A stretch of 26,850 nt of DNA from Pseudobacteriovorax sp. (lineage in GTDB: Bacteria; Bdellovibrionota_B; Oligoflexia; Oligoflexales; Oligoflexaceae), in contig JBNKNM010000060.1 in NCBI GenBank assembly GCA_050293845.1, positions 1 through 26,850 of the forward strand, in the 5' to 3' direction. Positions 17,598 to 26,247 of the stretch are shown here, one piece after another. A model generated the notes under the pieces. That model made no database searches and was not told the origin of the DNA. It was given only the letters and a program-made list of their open reading frames with translations. Position 1 is the first letter of the stretch; every line of letters starts with the position of its first letter. The position numbers and the translations under genes are program-made.

Positions 17598-17933
17598 TTG
17601 AAGCTTATTTTTATCGTATATGTGTCATTTTTTATAGGATTTGTTGAGATTTCTCGCTGCAAACCCATTGAAGGTCTTTTATCAGATATTTTTGCCACTG
17701 AAGAAATATCATGTCATGAAGAACAAAATTCAACCAAGGCTTTAAAACCAACTTTCTCTAGTCAAGATTCTTGTCGTTGTTTTAAGTTCCAATTTCCTCT
17801 CTTCATTAATAACTTAATGTACGGATCTGATATAACTTTTATTTTTAAGCAAGTATTTGAGCTCATATTTCTAGAGCCATTATTTTACTTTTTCCAATTA
17901 ACCTTTAAATTACTTGATCCACCTATCCATTAA
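17598..17933 (+). CDS. Small exported Cys/His protein ending in DPP (DUF2946-like leader architecture)
   Basis: GAGGTG RBS, TTG start, hydrophobic N-terminus, SCH and CRC motifs, C-terminal KLLDPPIH. Confidence 0.5.
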   Translation: MKLIFIVYVSFFIGFVEISRCKPIEGLLSDIFATEEISCHEEQNSTKALKPTFSSQDSCRCFKFQFPLFINNLMYGSDITFIFKQVFELIFLEPLFYFFQLTFKLLDPPIH

Positions 17934-18283
17934 ACCAAAACCCATCACATTTTCATGAGATTTTTTCATATGGCAACGACTTATGTGTTTGTCATCGTTG
18001 GCAATAATTAATGTTTTGGACATTTATTTTTCTTATAAATCGTTCCAAATTTACTTTTTTGTACCAGGTCGGCAAAAAATATGTCCACAAGGTTGTGTTG
18101 ACATTTATTGCTAATGAGAAAATCGAACTCTAAACTTTGCAAAAATCTTGTAAAGAAAGGGGAGTTCTTTGCCTAAAGCAAACACATGAGCAAGGCCTTA
18201 GTTAAAGTTAATTCTGATTTTTTATATTTCATATAGTGAATCATATATAAAACTCACCATGTATGAAATAAAAAGGAGTATTT

Positions 18284-19675
18284 GTGGACTTTCCCATATT
18301 TCATCTAGATTTTTTAAATAATCGATTTCTTATAGGTATCATTGCTGTTCTACACGTTATTATAAACCATCCCCTAGCAGTGGGCGGTATTCCGTTAGTG
18401 ACACTCATTGAATGGCGCGGTAGCAAGCGCAAGGATGAGGACACAAGAAAACTTTGGGATAAAGTCGCTTTAAAGATCCTGTTTGTTATGTTCATTATTA
18501 CAACCACTGTCGGCGCAATGACTGGCGTCGGTATTTGGTTTTCTGCATCCTTAGTAAATCCAGCTGCTATTGGTAGTCTGATTCGCGTCTTTTTCTGGGG
18601 CTGGTTTACGGAATGGATTGTTTTTGTAACAGAAGTTATCCTGATCCTCTTTTATTATCTCACATGGAAAAAATATGCGGGAGCTGATAAGCAACGGCAT
18701 ATTCGCATCGGCGTTATCCTTTCCTTGGCATCTTGGGGCACCATGGCCATTATCGTCGCCATTCTGGGCTTTATGATGGACCCCGGAAATTGGATGCAAG
18801 ATAAAACTCTACTCAGTGGATTTCTCAATCCGCTCTACCTGCCCCAACTAGCTTTTAGGACTCCCTTAGCCATGGTTATGGGAGCAATGGCAGGATTGTT
18901 TCTACTGCCATTTTTCACCAAGGATTCTCCCCAGCTTAGAAAAGATATGACAGCTACCATGAGTCGCTGGGCTTTGGCTTGGGTACCTGCTTTGCTTGCC
19001 GGAGCTCTTTGGTACTGGTCGGCAGTTCCTGAATCTATGATTGGCAACATTCCGATAGCCAATACAACCCAGCAATTTGCGGACTGGTCCCAAGTATTAG
19101 TTCAGTCAATTTTTATTGTCTCGGGTATCGTTGTGCTGATTTCAATAATTGGTGCCACGCGTAAAGTACAATTACCTGCCCTAGTATCTTTAGTACCTTT
19201 TATTCTAACCGTTGGTCTACTTGCTCATTTTGAGCGGGTACGTGAGTTTATTCGTAAACCTTATGCCATAGGTGAGTATCTTTACTCCAATGGTTTCCGT
19301 TCTGAAGACTATCCCTTGCTACAAAAAGAAGGGATTCTCAAACACGCAAGCTACGCTAAGGTTAAGAAAATCACGGAAGAGAATATGTTAACGGCAGGAA
19401 AGGAAGTCTTTGTTCTGGCTTGCACCCGTTGTCATACGGTAAATGGGGTGAACAGTATTACATCTAATCTACAGGGTATGTATGGGGACAAGCCATGGGA
19501 CCCAGAACAGATTACACAGTATATTGGAATTATGCATACAACACGCGGTTATATGCCCCCCTTCCCAGGTAACGAAGCTGAGCGTGATGCCCTGGCCCAT
19601 TACCTCAAGTATTTACAAAAAAACAGCGACACCATGCCCGGCGCCCAAAGCATCGGTGCTCGGTTGGTTGATTAA
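18284..19675 (+). CDS. Cytochrome bd-superfamily subunit I-like protein fused to C-terminal cytochrome c
   Basis: AAGGAG + GTG. LHVIINH, VGAMTGVGIWF, FTEWIVFVTE, GFMMDPG and ERVREFIRKPY align to CydA blocks. No Q-loop. C-terminal CTRCH...YMPPF. Confidence 0.85.
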   Translation: MDFPIFHLDFLNNRFLIGIIAVLHVIINHPLAVGGIPLVTLIEWRGSKRKDEDTRKLWDKVALKILFVMFIITTTVGAMTGVGIWFSASLVNPAAIGSLIRVFFWGWFTEWIVFVTEVILILFYYLTWKKYAGADKQRHIRIGVILSLASWGTMAIIVAILGFMMDPGNWMQDKTLLSGFLNPLYLPQLAFRTPLAMVMGAMAGLFLLPFFTKDSPQLRKDMTATMSRWALAWVPALLAGALWYWSAVPESMIGNIPIANTTQQFADWSQVLVQSIFIVSGIVVLISIIGATRKVQLPALVSLVPFILTVGLLAHFERVREFIRKPYAIGEYLYSNGFRSEDYPLLQKEGILKHASYAKVKKITEENMLTAGKEVFVLACTRCHTVNGVNSITSNLQGMYGDKPWDPEQITQYIGIMHTTRGYMPPFPGNEAERDALAHYLKYLQKNSDTMPGAQSIGARLVD

Positions 19676-19684
19676 GGAGGACTT

Positions 19685-21001
19685 ATGCAAAACCTAGCTG
19701 AAACTCCCATTCCACGCGATATCCCACTGCCACTTCCAGCTCCAGAATGGCTGTTAATTACTCTTTTAGTCATCAGTTTTATCGCGCATATTTTATTTGT
19801 TAATTTAATGGTGGGTGGCTCTTTACTAACAACGATTTTCCAGATTCTAGGCTTAAAAAACGAACGCTATGATCGTTTAGCCCGGCAAATAGCTATTACG
19901 ATTACTGTGAATAAGAGTATGGCCGTTGTTCTTGGTGTGGCTCCCCTGCTATTGATCAACGCTCTCTATACCATCTATTTCTATACTGCAAATGCTCTCA
20001 CAGGCTTTGCTTGGATACTGCTAATACCTTTAATCAGTGTCACTTTTTTAATCACGTATCTACACAAATATTCATGGGATAAGATGCAAGATCACAAGGG
20101 ACTGCATATTTTAATGACCATGACCGCCAGCCTTATGTTTCTTTTGATACCCTTAGTATTCCTTGTCAATGTTAACCTAATGCTATTTCCAGAGAAATGG
20201 ATGCATGTGCGCGGTTTTTTATCAGCGCTTGCCCTTCCCAATGTATTACCGCGGTATTTCCACTTTTTAGGGGCATCCCTTGCTGCCACAGGGCTTTTTT
20301 TAGTCGGATATTTTAAACGTGACAAATTTGATTTTAACGAGCATCTAGAGGGATTCAACAAAGCTTCAGTCCTTAAACTGTTCTACTCCGTGACCTTAGG
20401 TGCCACAGCAATACAATATATCGTGGGACCAGTCGTGTATCTTAGTATGCCGTCCCATGGATTAAGTATGCCTATGACCCTTGTTATACTCACAGGAGTT
20501 ATCATTTCGTTACCTGCCAGTTTTTGGCTATGGCAGGAGATTAGTAATCCTCAATCAATAGTAGGAAAACGTTTCGTCCCCATAGTAGCGGCTTTAACCT
20601 TAACCGTAATCTTTATGGCTAGCGGTCGACACCTTTACCGTTCAACCGCTTTGGCAGGTCATCAGAAAAAAATGTCTTTAAAGACAGAGCAATATATGGC
20701 ACAAGTTCAGACAGCCCAGCAAGAGGCACAAGATCTGACTGCAACAAACCAGGGTACTGATAGTGCGGGTATTTCTGGAGAAAAGGTCTTTGCTACCTAT
20801 TGCGCAGCCTGCCATGCATCCGAGACACGACTTGTGGGACCTCCCTTGACAGAAATTCGCTCAATCTATGGTGGTAATCCGGAAGGTATTGTAAAATGGG
20901 CCAAGGCTCCTGGTAAAAAGCGCCAAGATTATCCTCCCATGCCTCCCATCAATATTCCGGAACAGGAACTCTTAGAAGCGGCAAAGTATATTTTAAAGTA
21001 G
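19685..21001 (+). CDS. Partner bd-superfamily membrane subunit fused to C-terminal cytochrome c
   Basis: AAGGAGG RBS. FIAHILFVN, LGVAPLL, NLMLFPEKW, PRYFHFLGASLAATG; C-terminal CAACH..VGPPL...PPMPP. Confidence 0.82.
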   Translation: MQNLAETPIPRDIPLPLPAPEWLLITLLVISFIAHILFVNLMVGGSLLTTIFQILGLKNERYDRLARQIAITITVNKSMAVVLGVAPLLLINALYTIYFYTANALTGFAWILLIPLISVTFLITYLHKYSWDKMQDHKGLHILMTMTASLMFLLIPLVFLVNVNLMLFPEKWMHVRGFLSALALPNVLPRYFHFLGASLAATGLFLVGYFKRDKFDFNEHLEGFNKASVLKLFYSVTLGATAIQYIVGPVVYLSMPSHGLSMPMTLVILTGVIISLPASFWLWQEISNPQSIVGKRFVPIVAALTLTVIFMASGRHLYRSTALAGHQKKMSLKTEQYMAQVQTAQQEAQDLTATNQGTDSAGISGEKVFATYCAACHASETRLVGPPLTEIRSIYGGNPEGIVKWAKAPGKKRQDYPPMPPINIPEQELLEAAKYILK

Positions 21002-21032
21002 CTTTACTTTTTTTCGCTCATTATCGATAAAA

Positions 21033-21063
21033 AAAGAACAGCTAACTGGGATAGCTGTTCTTT
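21033..21063. terminator. Probable bidirectional intrinsic terminator
   Basis: AAAGAACAGCTA-actggga-TAGCTGTTCTTT with A-tract and T-tract flanks, between convergent genes. Confidence 0.7.
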
Positions 21064-21308
21064 CATTCCTAGATAATTGAAAGCTCTACCCTTAAGTGTC
21101 CCTTTGTGGAAGTAATAGTATTGTTTTGATAGATCGTTATGGCAACCAGTTGCCTTTTCAAGTAGAGTCCGTGCGAGGGGAGGTTCCCCTTACTGACTCG
21201 ATTAGCACAGTATAGCTCACATTTTTTATGTAATACAGTCACCGGATCTAAAGGGTTTAGGTTGGTTATACCGGGAGCCATCCCTCGATGCTGTATGAAA
21301 TTTAGATT

Positions 21309-21728
21309 TCAGGCGGATGCTTGATTATAATAACTCGTTATTATTTTAATCCCGAATTGCAAAATATCATGCCAGTTCTTTTCAAGCTGCACATCAAATT
21401 GTTTATCGAATTCCTTAATGGTTTCGATAAGTGATTTTTCCCAGAAGGAATACAGATCTGGATGTACATTTAGATGCTGTTTATCATGGAGAACGCCCAA
21501 TTTTTCGATTTCTTTCAAGGCAAAGCTTGACCCTCCCGCTGCCATCACAACAAATGTAAGACCTTGCTTTAGTAGGCTCATTTGTTTTTTCATATCTGTA
21601 TTTTGAAAATGAGCCGCTATACGGTGATCTGATTTGATAAAATTTTTGTAGAAAGTGTCGAGAAAATCAGGTTTATTAATACATCTTCCCAGACTTAGAT
21701 TGACACTATCTACAGTCGTCTTATCCAT
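21309..21728 (-). CDS. Single-domain globin
   Basis: Likely start ATG 21728 (AAGGAG RBS), 139 aa. FLDTFYKNF, HFQNTDMKKQ, LGVLH (proximal His), LNVHPDLYSFW, LEKNW. Confidence 0.88.
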   Translation of the reverse strand: MDKTTVDSVNLSLGRCINKPDFLDTFYKNFIKSDHRIAAHFQNTDMKKQMSLLKQGLTFVVMAAGGSSFALKEIEKLGVLHDKQHLNVHPDLYSFWEKSLIETIKEFDKQFDVQLEKNWHDILQFGIKIITSYYNQASA

Positions 21729-21884
21729 CTCTTTGTTCTCCTTTCTCGATAATCTCCTACAATGATATAGTTTACACGAATTATCCAAAATATTATATTG
21801 TTATTCATCGAAAGGGCGGCTTGATGAGAGCGAATTGTGCGAAATTTTAAATAGAAAAATGATGCTTATGCTATTGGGAGTAGA

Positions 21885-21908
21885 GTTGAATCCGTGACCG
21901 GATTCAAC
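21885..21908 (-). terminator. Perfect 10-bp hairpin between DUF2202 and globin genes
   Basis: GTTGAATCCG-tgac-CGGATTCAAC; lacks a U-tract, so it could instead be an mRNA stability element. Confidence 0.45.
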
Positions 21909-21977
21909 GAAATACACATCATGAACCATGTAGATTCTTTCTGTCTTCACCAGATAGTTGCGCCAATGCCAAAATTA

Positions 21978-22559
21978 TCAAAACCTAGAAAGTTGCCTAT
22001 TAAACGCTGCAAGATGGCGATTGCTACCCTTAAGTAAATTTGAGTAGATTAATTTGGCATCAGGTTGCGCCCTGCTAATCCTATCGCTAAGATCATCTAT
22101 ATCTGCCATTTCAACTGCCCTCCCAACTTCAAATGCAGCATATAGTGATTGTTCCCCCTTTTCTATCAATTCCAGATACATAGTTTGTATTTCTGGAATT
22201 GAAAATTCTCCACGTACTTCTCCATTAATCTCACCTTGAATCTCATATTTTGTCAAAAGCCTCGCCACAGCATCCATATGTCTTTGTTCGGAAAGACTTA
22301 TGTTGGCAAATACCCTTGAGCCATATCGAGAATTCAAGTACTCGTAGACATCTCGAGCCAGTTTTTCTTCTTCCCACATAAAGAGTAGATCACCTTTTTG
22401 AACGTCAGTTAGTGAGTAAATATCTGTAGTTAATTGATTTAGCGGACAATTAGCTGCCTGTCCTACTCCACCATTGCCATTAGCCTTTGCATTAGTGACA
22501 CCACCGTATCCTGCTAATAATACTATTGCTGTTAGAACTGTTGTACATGCACGCATCAT
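21978..22559 (-). CDS. Secreted DUF2202 (ferritin-like) protein
   Basis: Signal peptide; LLFMWEEEKLARDVY, FANISLSEQRHMDAV, VEMADIDDL, YSNLLKGSNRHLAAF; GGAGGG RBS before ATG 22559. Confidence 0.85.
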   Translation of the reverse strand: MMRACTTVLTAIVLLAGYGGVTNAKANGNGGVGQAANCPLNQLTTDIYSLTDVQKGDLLFMWEEEKLARDVYEYLNSRYGSRVFANISLSEQRHMDAVARLLTKYEIQGEINGEVRGEFSIPEIQTMYLELIEKGEQSLYAAFEVGRAVEMADIDDLSDRISRAQPDAKLIYSNLLKGSNRHLAAFNRQLSRF

Positions 22560-23034
22560 TTTACCCTCCAAAGTTTCAGTCGTCAGTTACTACGAAACGT
22601 CATCTAACTTTCTTGCAAAAAAATTATGAAACTTGACATTCAGCGGACACATCTTTGGTCAAAGACACTCCATTACCTACAGATTCGCTTGCTGCGTAAA
22701 ATTAACCGGCTATTACCCTTAGATCTCTTCAATTTGTATAGCCAAAGTCAGGATATTGATGGGATCGATTCCCTCCACACCATAATGTTATGGCTTTAGA
22801 ACTCTTGGAATGGAATTTACTACGTCGATTTACCTATCCTTGGTGAAAGCGCCATTGTGAGAATTTTCGAAGTATGTCTATCATTCAGATTTGCTTAAAA
22901 ACTATTGCAACAGTTTGAAACAGTTTTCGATTCTCCTTCCAAAAAGAAGCTGAAAATGAAACCTTTCTTATTTGGAATACAGTTTGCATTCGTATATGGC
23001 AGACAAAATTCCATAGAATGGAGGCCATACACTC

Positions 23035-23985
23035 ATGAAATTGATGATAGCCATTTTTTTATTCCTAACAACGAGTCTTATGGCCCAGTTTGAACAGGTA
23101 CCACTAAAAAAAGTGAGGGCAAAGAATGCTAACTTGTTCACTAAACTTATCATAACATCAGGTCAACCAGATCAAGCTGATCTCGATTTACTCAGAAAGT
23201 CTGGCTTATCAAGAATTATCAATCTTCGCACTCCTGGTGAAGTTTCTGGGGGATTTCTGGAGGAAAATTGGGCGAAGAAACATCAACTTGACTACATAAA
23301 TATTCCGGTAAGTAGCCAGACTTTTTCACTGGCTCAAGCTATCAAGTTGAATGAAATTCTCGACTCCTCCAAGCCAACTCTATTACATTGCTCTAGCAGT
23401 AATCGGGTGGGAGCCCTTCTGGCAGTAGATCACTTTCTGTTTACAGGAGCGAATAAGGAGCCGTCTATACTTGTAGGCCGTAAGTTTGGTTTGAGTTCAT
23501 GGGAAACTAAGGTTTCTAAATTGCTAAATGCTAAGGAAACCATAGCGATGCAAAAACGTATCCAACAAGGTAAAAGAGATATTATAACCTATGGGAATAA
23601 GCTTAAAAAATTGTTAAGTGAAGGACTACAAAAGGGACCTGAACATGCAATTGATGCTTGCCACCTGGCTATGAACAAAATGGGAAAGCATCCCGTTCAT
23701 CGCACGACTCTTAAACCTCGTAACGTTCATAATAGACCTAACTCTGCTTTCAAAGAAAAACTCCTACAACTGGAACAAGAAAAGGCTCAAAATTTTCAGT
23801 TAATTTCTGATAAAAATAAAACCTGGCTTGCAAAACCTATATATATTAAACCTTTATGTACTACTTGTCACGGGGTGACACCTTCAGAAAAAATTCAAAC
23901 TAAATTGAAAGTTCTTTATCCTCAAGATCAAGCTCTAGGATATAAAGTTGGAGATTTCCGTGGAATTTTCTTCACGGAAATTTAG
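23035..23985 (+). CDS. Secreted fusion of DUF442-like sulfurtransferase domain and DUF3365 (Tll0287-like) c-type heme domain
   Basis: Signal peptide; SGQP, IINLRTPGE, YINIPV, LLHCSSSNRVGAL; then AIDACH, RTTLKPRN..NRP, KPLCTTCHG, YPQDQALGYKVGDFRGIF; GGAGG RBS. Confidence 0.85.
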   Translation: MKLMIAIFLFLTTSLMAQFEQVPLKKVRAKNANLFTKLIITSGQPDQADLDLLRKSGLSRIINLRTPGEVSGGFLEENWAKKHQLDYINIPVSSQTFSLAQAIKLNEILDSSKPTLLHCSSSNRVGALLAVDHFLFTGANKEPSILVGRKFGLSSWETKVSKLLNAKETIAMQKRIQQGKRDIITYGNKLKKLLSEGLQKGPEHAIDACHLAMNKMGKHPVHRTTLKPRNVHNRPNSAFKEKLLQLEQEKAQNFQLISDKNKTWLAKPIYIKPLCTTCHGVTPSEKIQTKLKVLYPQDQALGYKVGDFRGIFFTEI

Positions 23986-24036
23986 AAAAGGTATTTAACC
24001 TTAATTGTTTTGTATGGGAATTTTTTAGGTTCCCAC

Positions 24037-24579
24037 CGCAAACTTGTACCCGGTGATACAGGATATTAGAAGAAAATCCACTATCATTTCTTAAAGGCTG
24101 CCTTGGGTTTTGGAGAGAGCGACCTTTCTTTTTAACCTAAAGAAAAGCACGAAAAATAAAGTCTACAGTATGCACACCTCTGAAGTTCGCTGTATTAGCA
24201 AGATCAAAGCCCATAAACGCTATGAATTTGGTAATATGATTGCTCTTGCTACTACTGCAGAAAACAGCATTGTTGTTGGGATTCACTCATTTGTAGAAAG
24301 CCATTATGATGGTAAAACCATTTCAGACAGCTAGTTTCAAGTCAAAGATATACTCGGACAATGGCCTCAAGATGCCTATATTGATCACGGTTATAAGGGC
24401 TGTGATAGTTATGTTTTTGGCACTCAAGTTCACAGACAAGGGCTGAAGTGCCATAGTCAGGAAACCAAAAGCTATCTTTGTAAACGGGTTCGTATTGAGC
24501 CTGTCAAGAGCCATCTCAATTCAGATCACCGCATGGGATGCAATCGTTTGGCAGGGGTGTTTGGGCGATATGATGAATA
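24037..24579 (+). pseudogene. Decayed IS5-family transposase fragment
   Basis: VIQDIRRK..*..LERA..KNKVYSMHTSEVRCISKIKAHKRYEFG..YDGKT..*..AYIDHGYKG..RVRIEPVKSHLNSDHRMGCNRLAG; internal stops, truncated at both ends. Confidence 0.88.
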
Positions 24580-24612
24580 ACTGTCTGAGAAATCAGTCTC
24601 TATCGACCAGTC
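24580..24612 (+). repeat. 33-bp direct repeat, copy 2 (partner 12916..12948)
   Basis: 32/33 identical to copy 1; begins where IS5 similarity stops. Confidence 0.9.
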
Positions 24613-24704
24613 TCAGAATCTCGCCGCTGCTTGCAGAGGTTAAATGCCAGGAGGTAATCACCGTCAGGTGAATGTCAAGGAAGCCCTCCTTCAGTTTGGG
24701 AACC

Positions 24705-25040
24705 TTACCGCGAAGGTAAACTTGATAGTTTTCCTATTTGCACCCTCATAAAGTTTCTTAAAGATTTTTTCTTATGAGGTGAATCGCCAGATTCTTTCTT
24801 CTTCCAAGTATCAGAAGCATCGGTTCCACATAAATTGACTATATTAAGTTGTTTACATTTTTCTAGATGCAGTTTTATATACGAACTCATATCATAAACC
24901 GAACCATCAACTGCCATCCAACAATCTGTTTCATTTTTATGCTTTTTCAATTCATCCATAGAGATTATCTTTTCTTGCCCCCACCCCATTGAAGAGACAA
25001 GTAGCATAGAAAAGATCGAAAATTGGACTTTAGTCACCAT
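24705..25040 (-). CDS. Secreted cytochrome b5-like heme-binding protein
   Basis: Signal peptide; ISMDELKKH..DCWMAVDGSVYDMSSYIKLH...CGTDAS...PH...QIGKL. Confidence 0.85.
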   Translation of the reverse strand: MVTKVQFSIFSMLLVSSMGWGQEKIISMDELKKHKNETDCWMAVDGSVYDMSSYIKLHLEKCKQLNIVNLCGTDASDTWKKKESGDSPHKKKSLRNFMRVQIGKLSSLPSR

Positions 25041-26200
25041 TAGAATACTCCTTCTAGAATAATCTTGGAACGCGCTACTCCTACTTTCAATAATAAATTT
25101 TTAGCAGCAATCTGAAAGTTAGGGTGCCCGCAAATTCGAAATTGTTGATAGTCATGTGACCATTCTTTTTTTATATTTCCTTGTAAGGCAGCCAAGACCT
25201 TGCGTCCATCGCCAAGGGATTCTTCCCAAGAGAAATTATCTCTAATATTACTCAGTGCATCTAGTTCATTGCGAAACAAAACGGATTCCGGTGACTTTTC
25301 ACCGTATACCAAATGCACTTTTGAATCAAACCAATTTGGGAAAGTTCTCGATGCGGCGAGAAATATAGCGATACCAACTCCATAGGCAATCCAAAGTTGA
25401 GATTTATCGGACTGCCAGAACTTAACTCCAAATGGCCCCTTCATTTTCACGAAACACGGTAGGGTAATATAGTGAAGAATTCCAGTGTCATAACCTCGAC
25501 TTTTAATAAGTAGCTCGCATGTTCCTGAATGAGACAAGCTGATTATGGTAAATGGATGCCACGCTTTGGAAAATTTTTGTCCACAAAAGCGCACATAAAA
25601 AAATTGGCCCGCTTTACAACTGATGGTTTGGTTATGTTCAGCTGGTTCTAAGGTTTGCCAGAAAAGGTCATTTCGTAACTGAGTTTGTTGAACAATTTTA
25701 TATGGGATGCCAATAGAAGAAAATCGAGGAAGACAAACCGTCATGAAGATGCCAATAACTCCTGCAAAAGTGACAGCTCCTATCAATGCCCATTCGGAGA
25801 GCGTTCTCGGTTCTAAAACTAGAAACGAGTGAGCTATCCCGAAAGCGAAGGCAAGAATAAGAATTAAATGAGCCCTACGCCAGCGTCGGTAAGGAGCGTT
25901 TCGAAAACTGGCGGCTAAAGCAACAATAGTCGCCGAGATAGCGAACGCCACCCATCCTGTTATCACAGCAGGATCTAAAAGGTTTCCCAATAGGTCGAGA
26001 GTTGCCGAATAATCGAACAATAATGCCCCTAAATGGACCATCATGGCAGATATAGCCAGCCAGCCAAGAATATGATGAACTCGTAGTTGTTGCCGATAGC
26101 CACCGACCAAAAAGTTTATCAGGGGACTTTTTATAGCAGTGCAAAAACTAACGGCCAGAAGAATCGTGCCCACCCAACCTGCCAATCGAACGAGTGTCAT
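25040..26200 (-). CDS. Ferric reductase-like transmembrane domain fused to FAD/NAD(P)H-binding domain (bacterial NOX-like)
   Basis: His pairs VHHILG..VHL and RAHL..AHS; AGQF, WHPFT, KGPFG, GVGIA, ICGH; AGGAG RBS; TAATG overlap with the b5 gene. Confidence 0.85.
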   Translation of the reverse strand: MTLVRLAGWVGTILLAVSFCTAIKSPLINFLVGGYRQQLRVHHILGWLAISAMMVHLGALLFDYSATLDLLGNLLDPAVITGWVAFAISATIVALAASFRNAPYRRWRRAHLILILAFAFGIAHSFLVLEPRTLSEWALIGAVTFAGVIGIFMTVCLPRFSSIGIPYKIVQQTQLRNDLFWQTLEPAEHNQTISCKAGQFFYVRFCGQKFSKAWHPFTIISLSHSGTCELLIKSRGYDTGILHYITLPCFVKMKGPFGVKFWQSDKSQLWIAYGVGIAIFLAASRTFPNWFDSKVHLVYGEKSPESVLFRNELDALSNIRDNFSWEESLGDGRKVLAALQGNIKKEWSHDYQQFRICGHPNFQIAAKNLLLKVGVARSKIILEGVF

Positions 26201-26247
26201 AAAAGCTCCTTAGGTCATTCCATACTAGGGAGTTCACATTGCATAGA

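Noticed and set aside
21069..21281. 70 aa ORF or zinc-ribbon remnant between terminator and globin
   Set aside because: A CP.CG motif appears only after assuming a frameshift; no other support.
22700..22830. Possible rhodanese pseudogene fragment on the minus strand (KAITLWCGGNRS..FGYTN)
   Set aside because: Too short, active-site loop spacing is off, and it is surrounded by stops; BLASTX would be needed.
23035..23530. Protein tyrosine phosphatase call for the N-terminal domain
   Set aside because: The loop is Cx4R rather than Cx5R and the context is sulfur metabolism; DUF442-like is preferred.
12238..24612. CRISPR array interpretation of the repeats
   Set aside because: Only two copies of each repeat, no regular spacing, and no cas genes.
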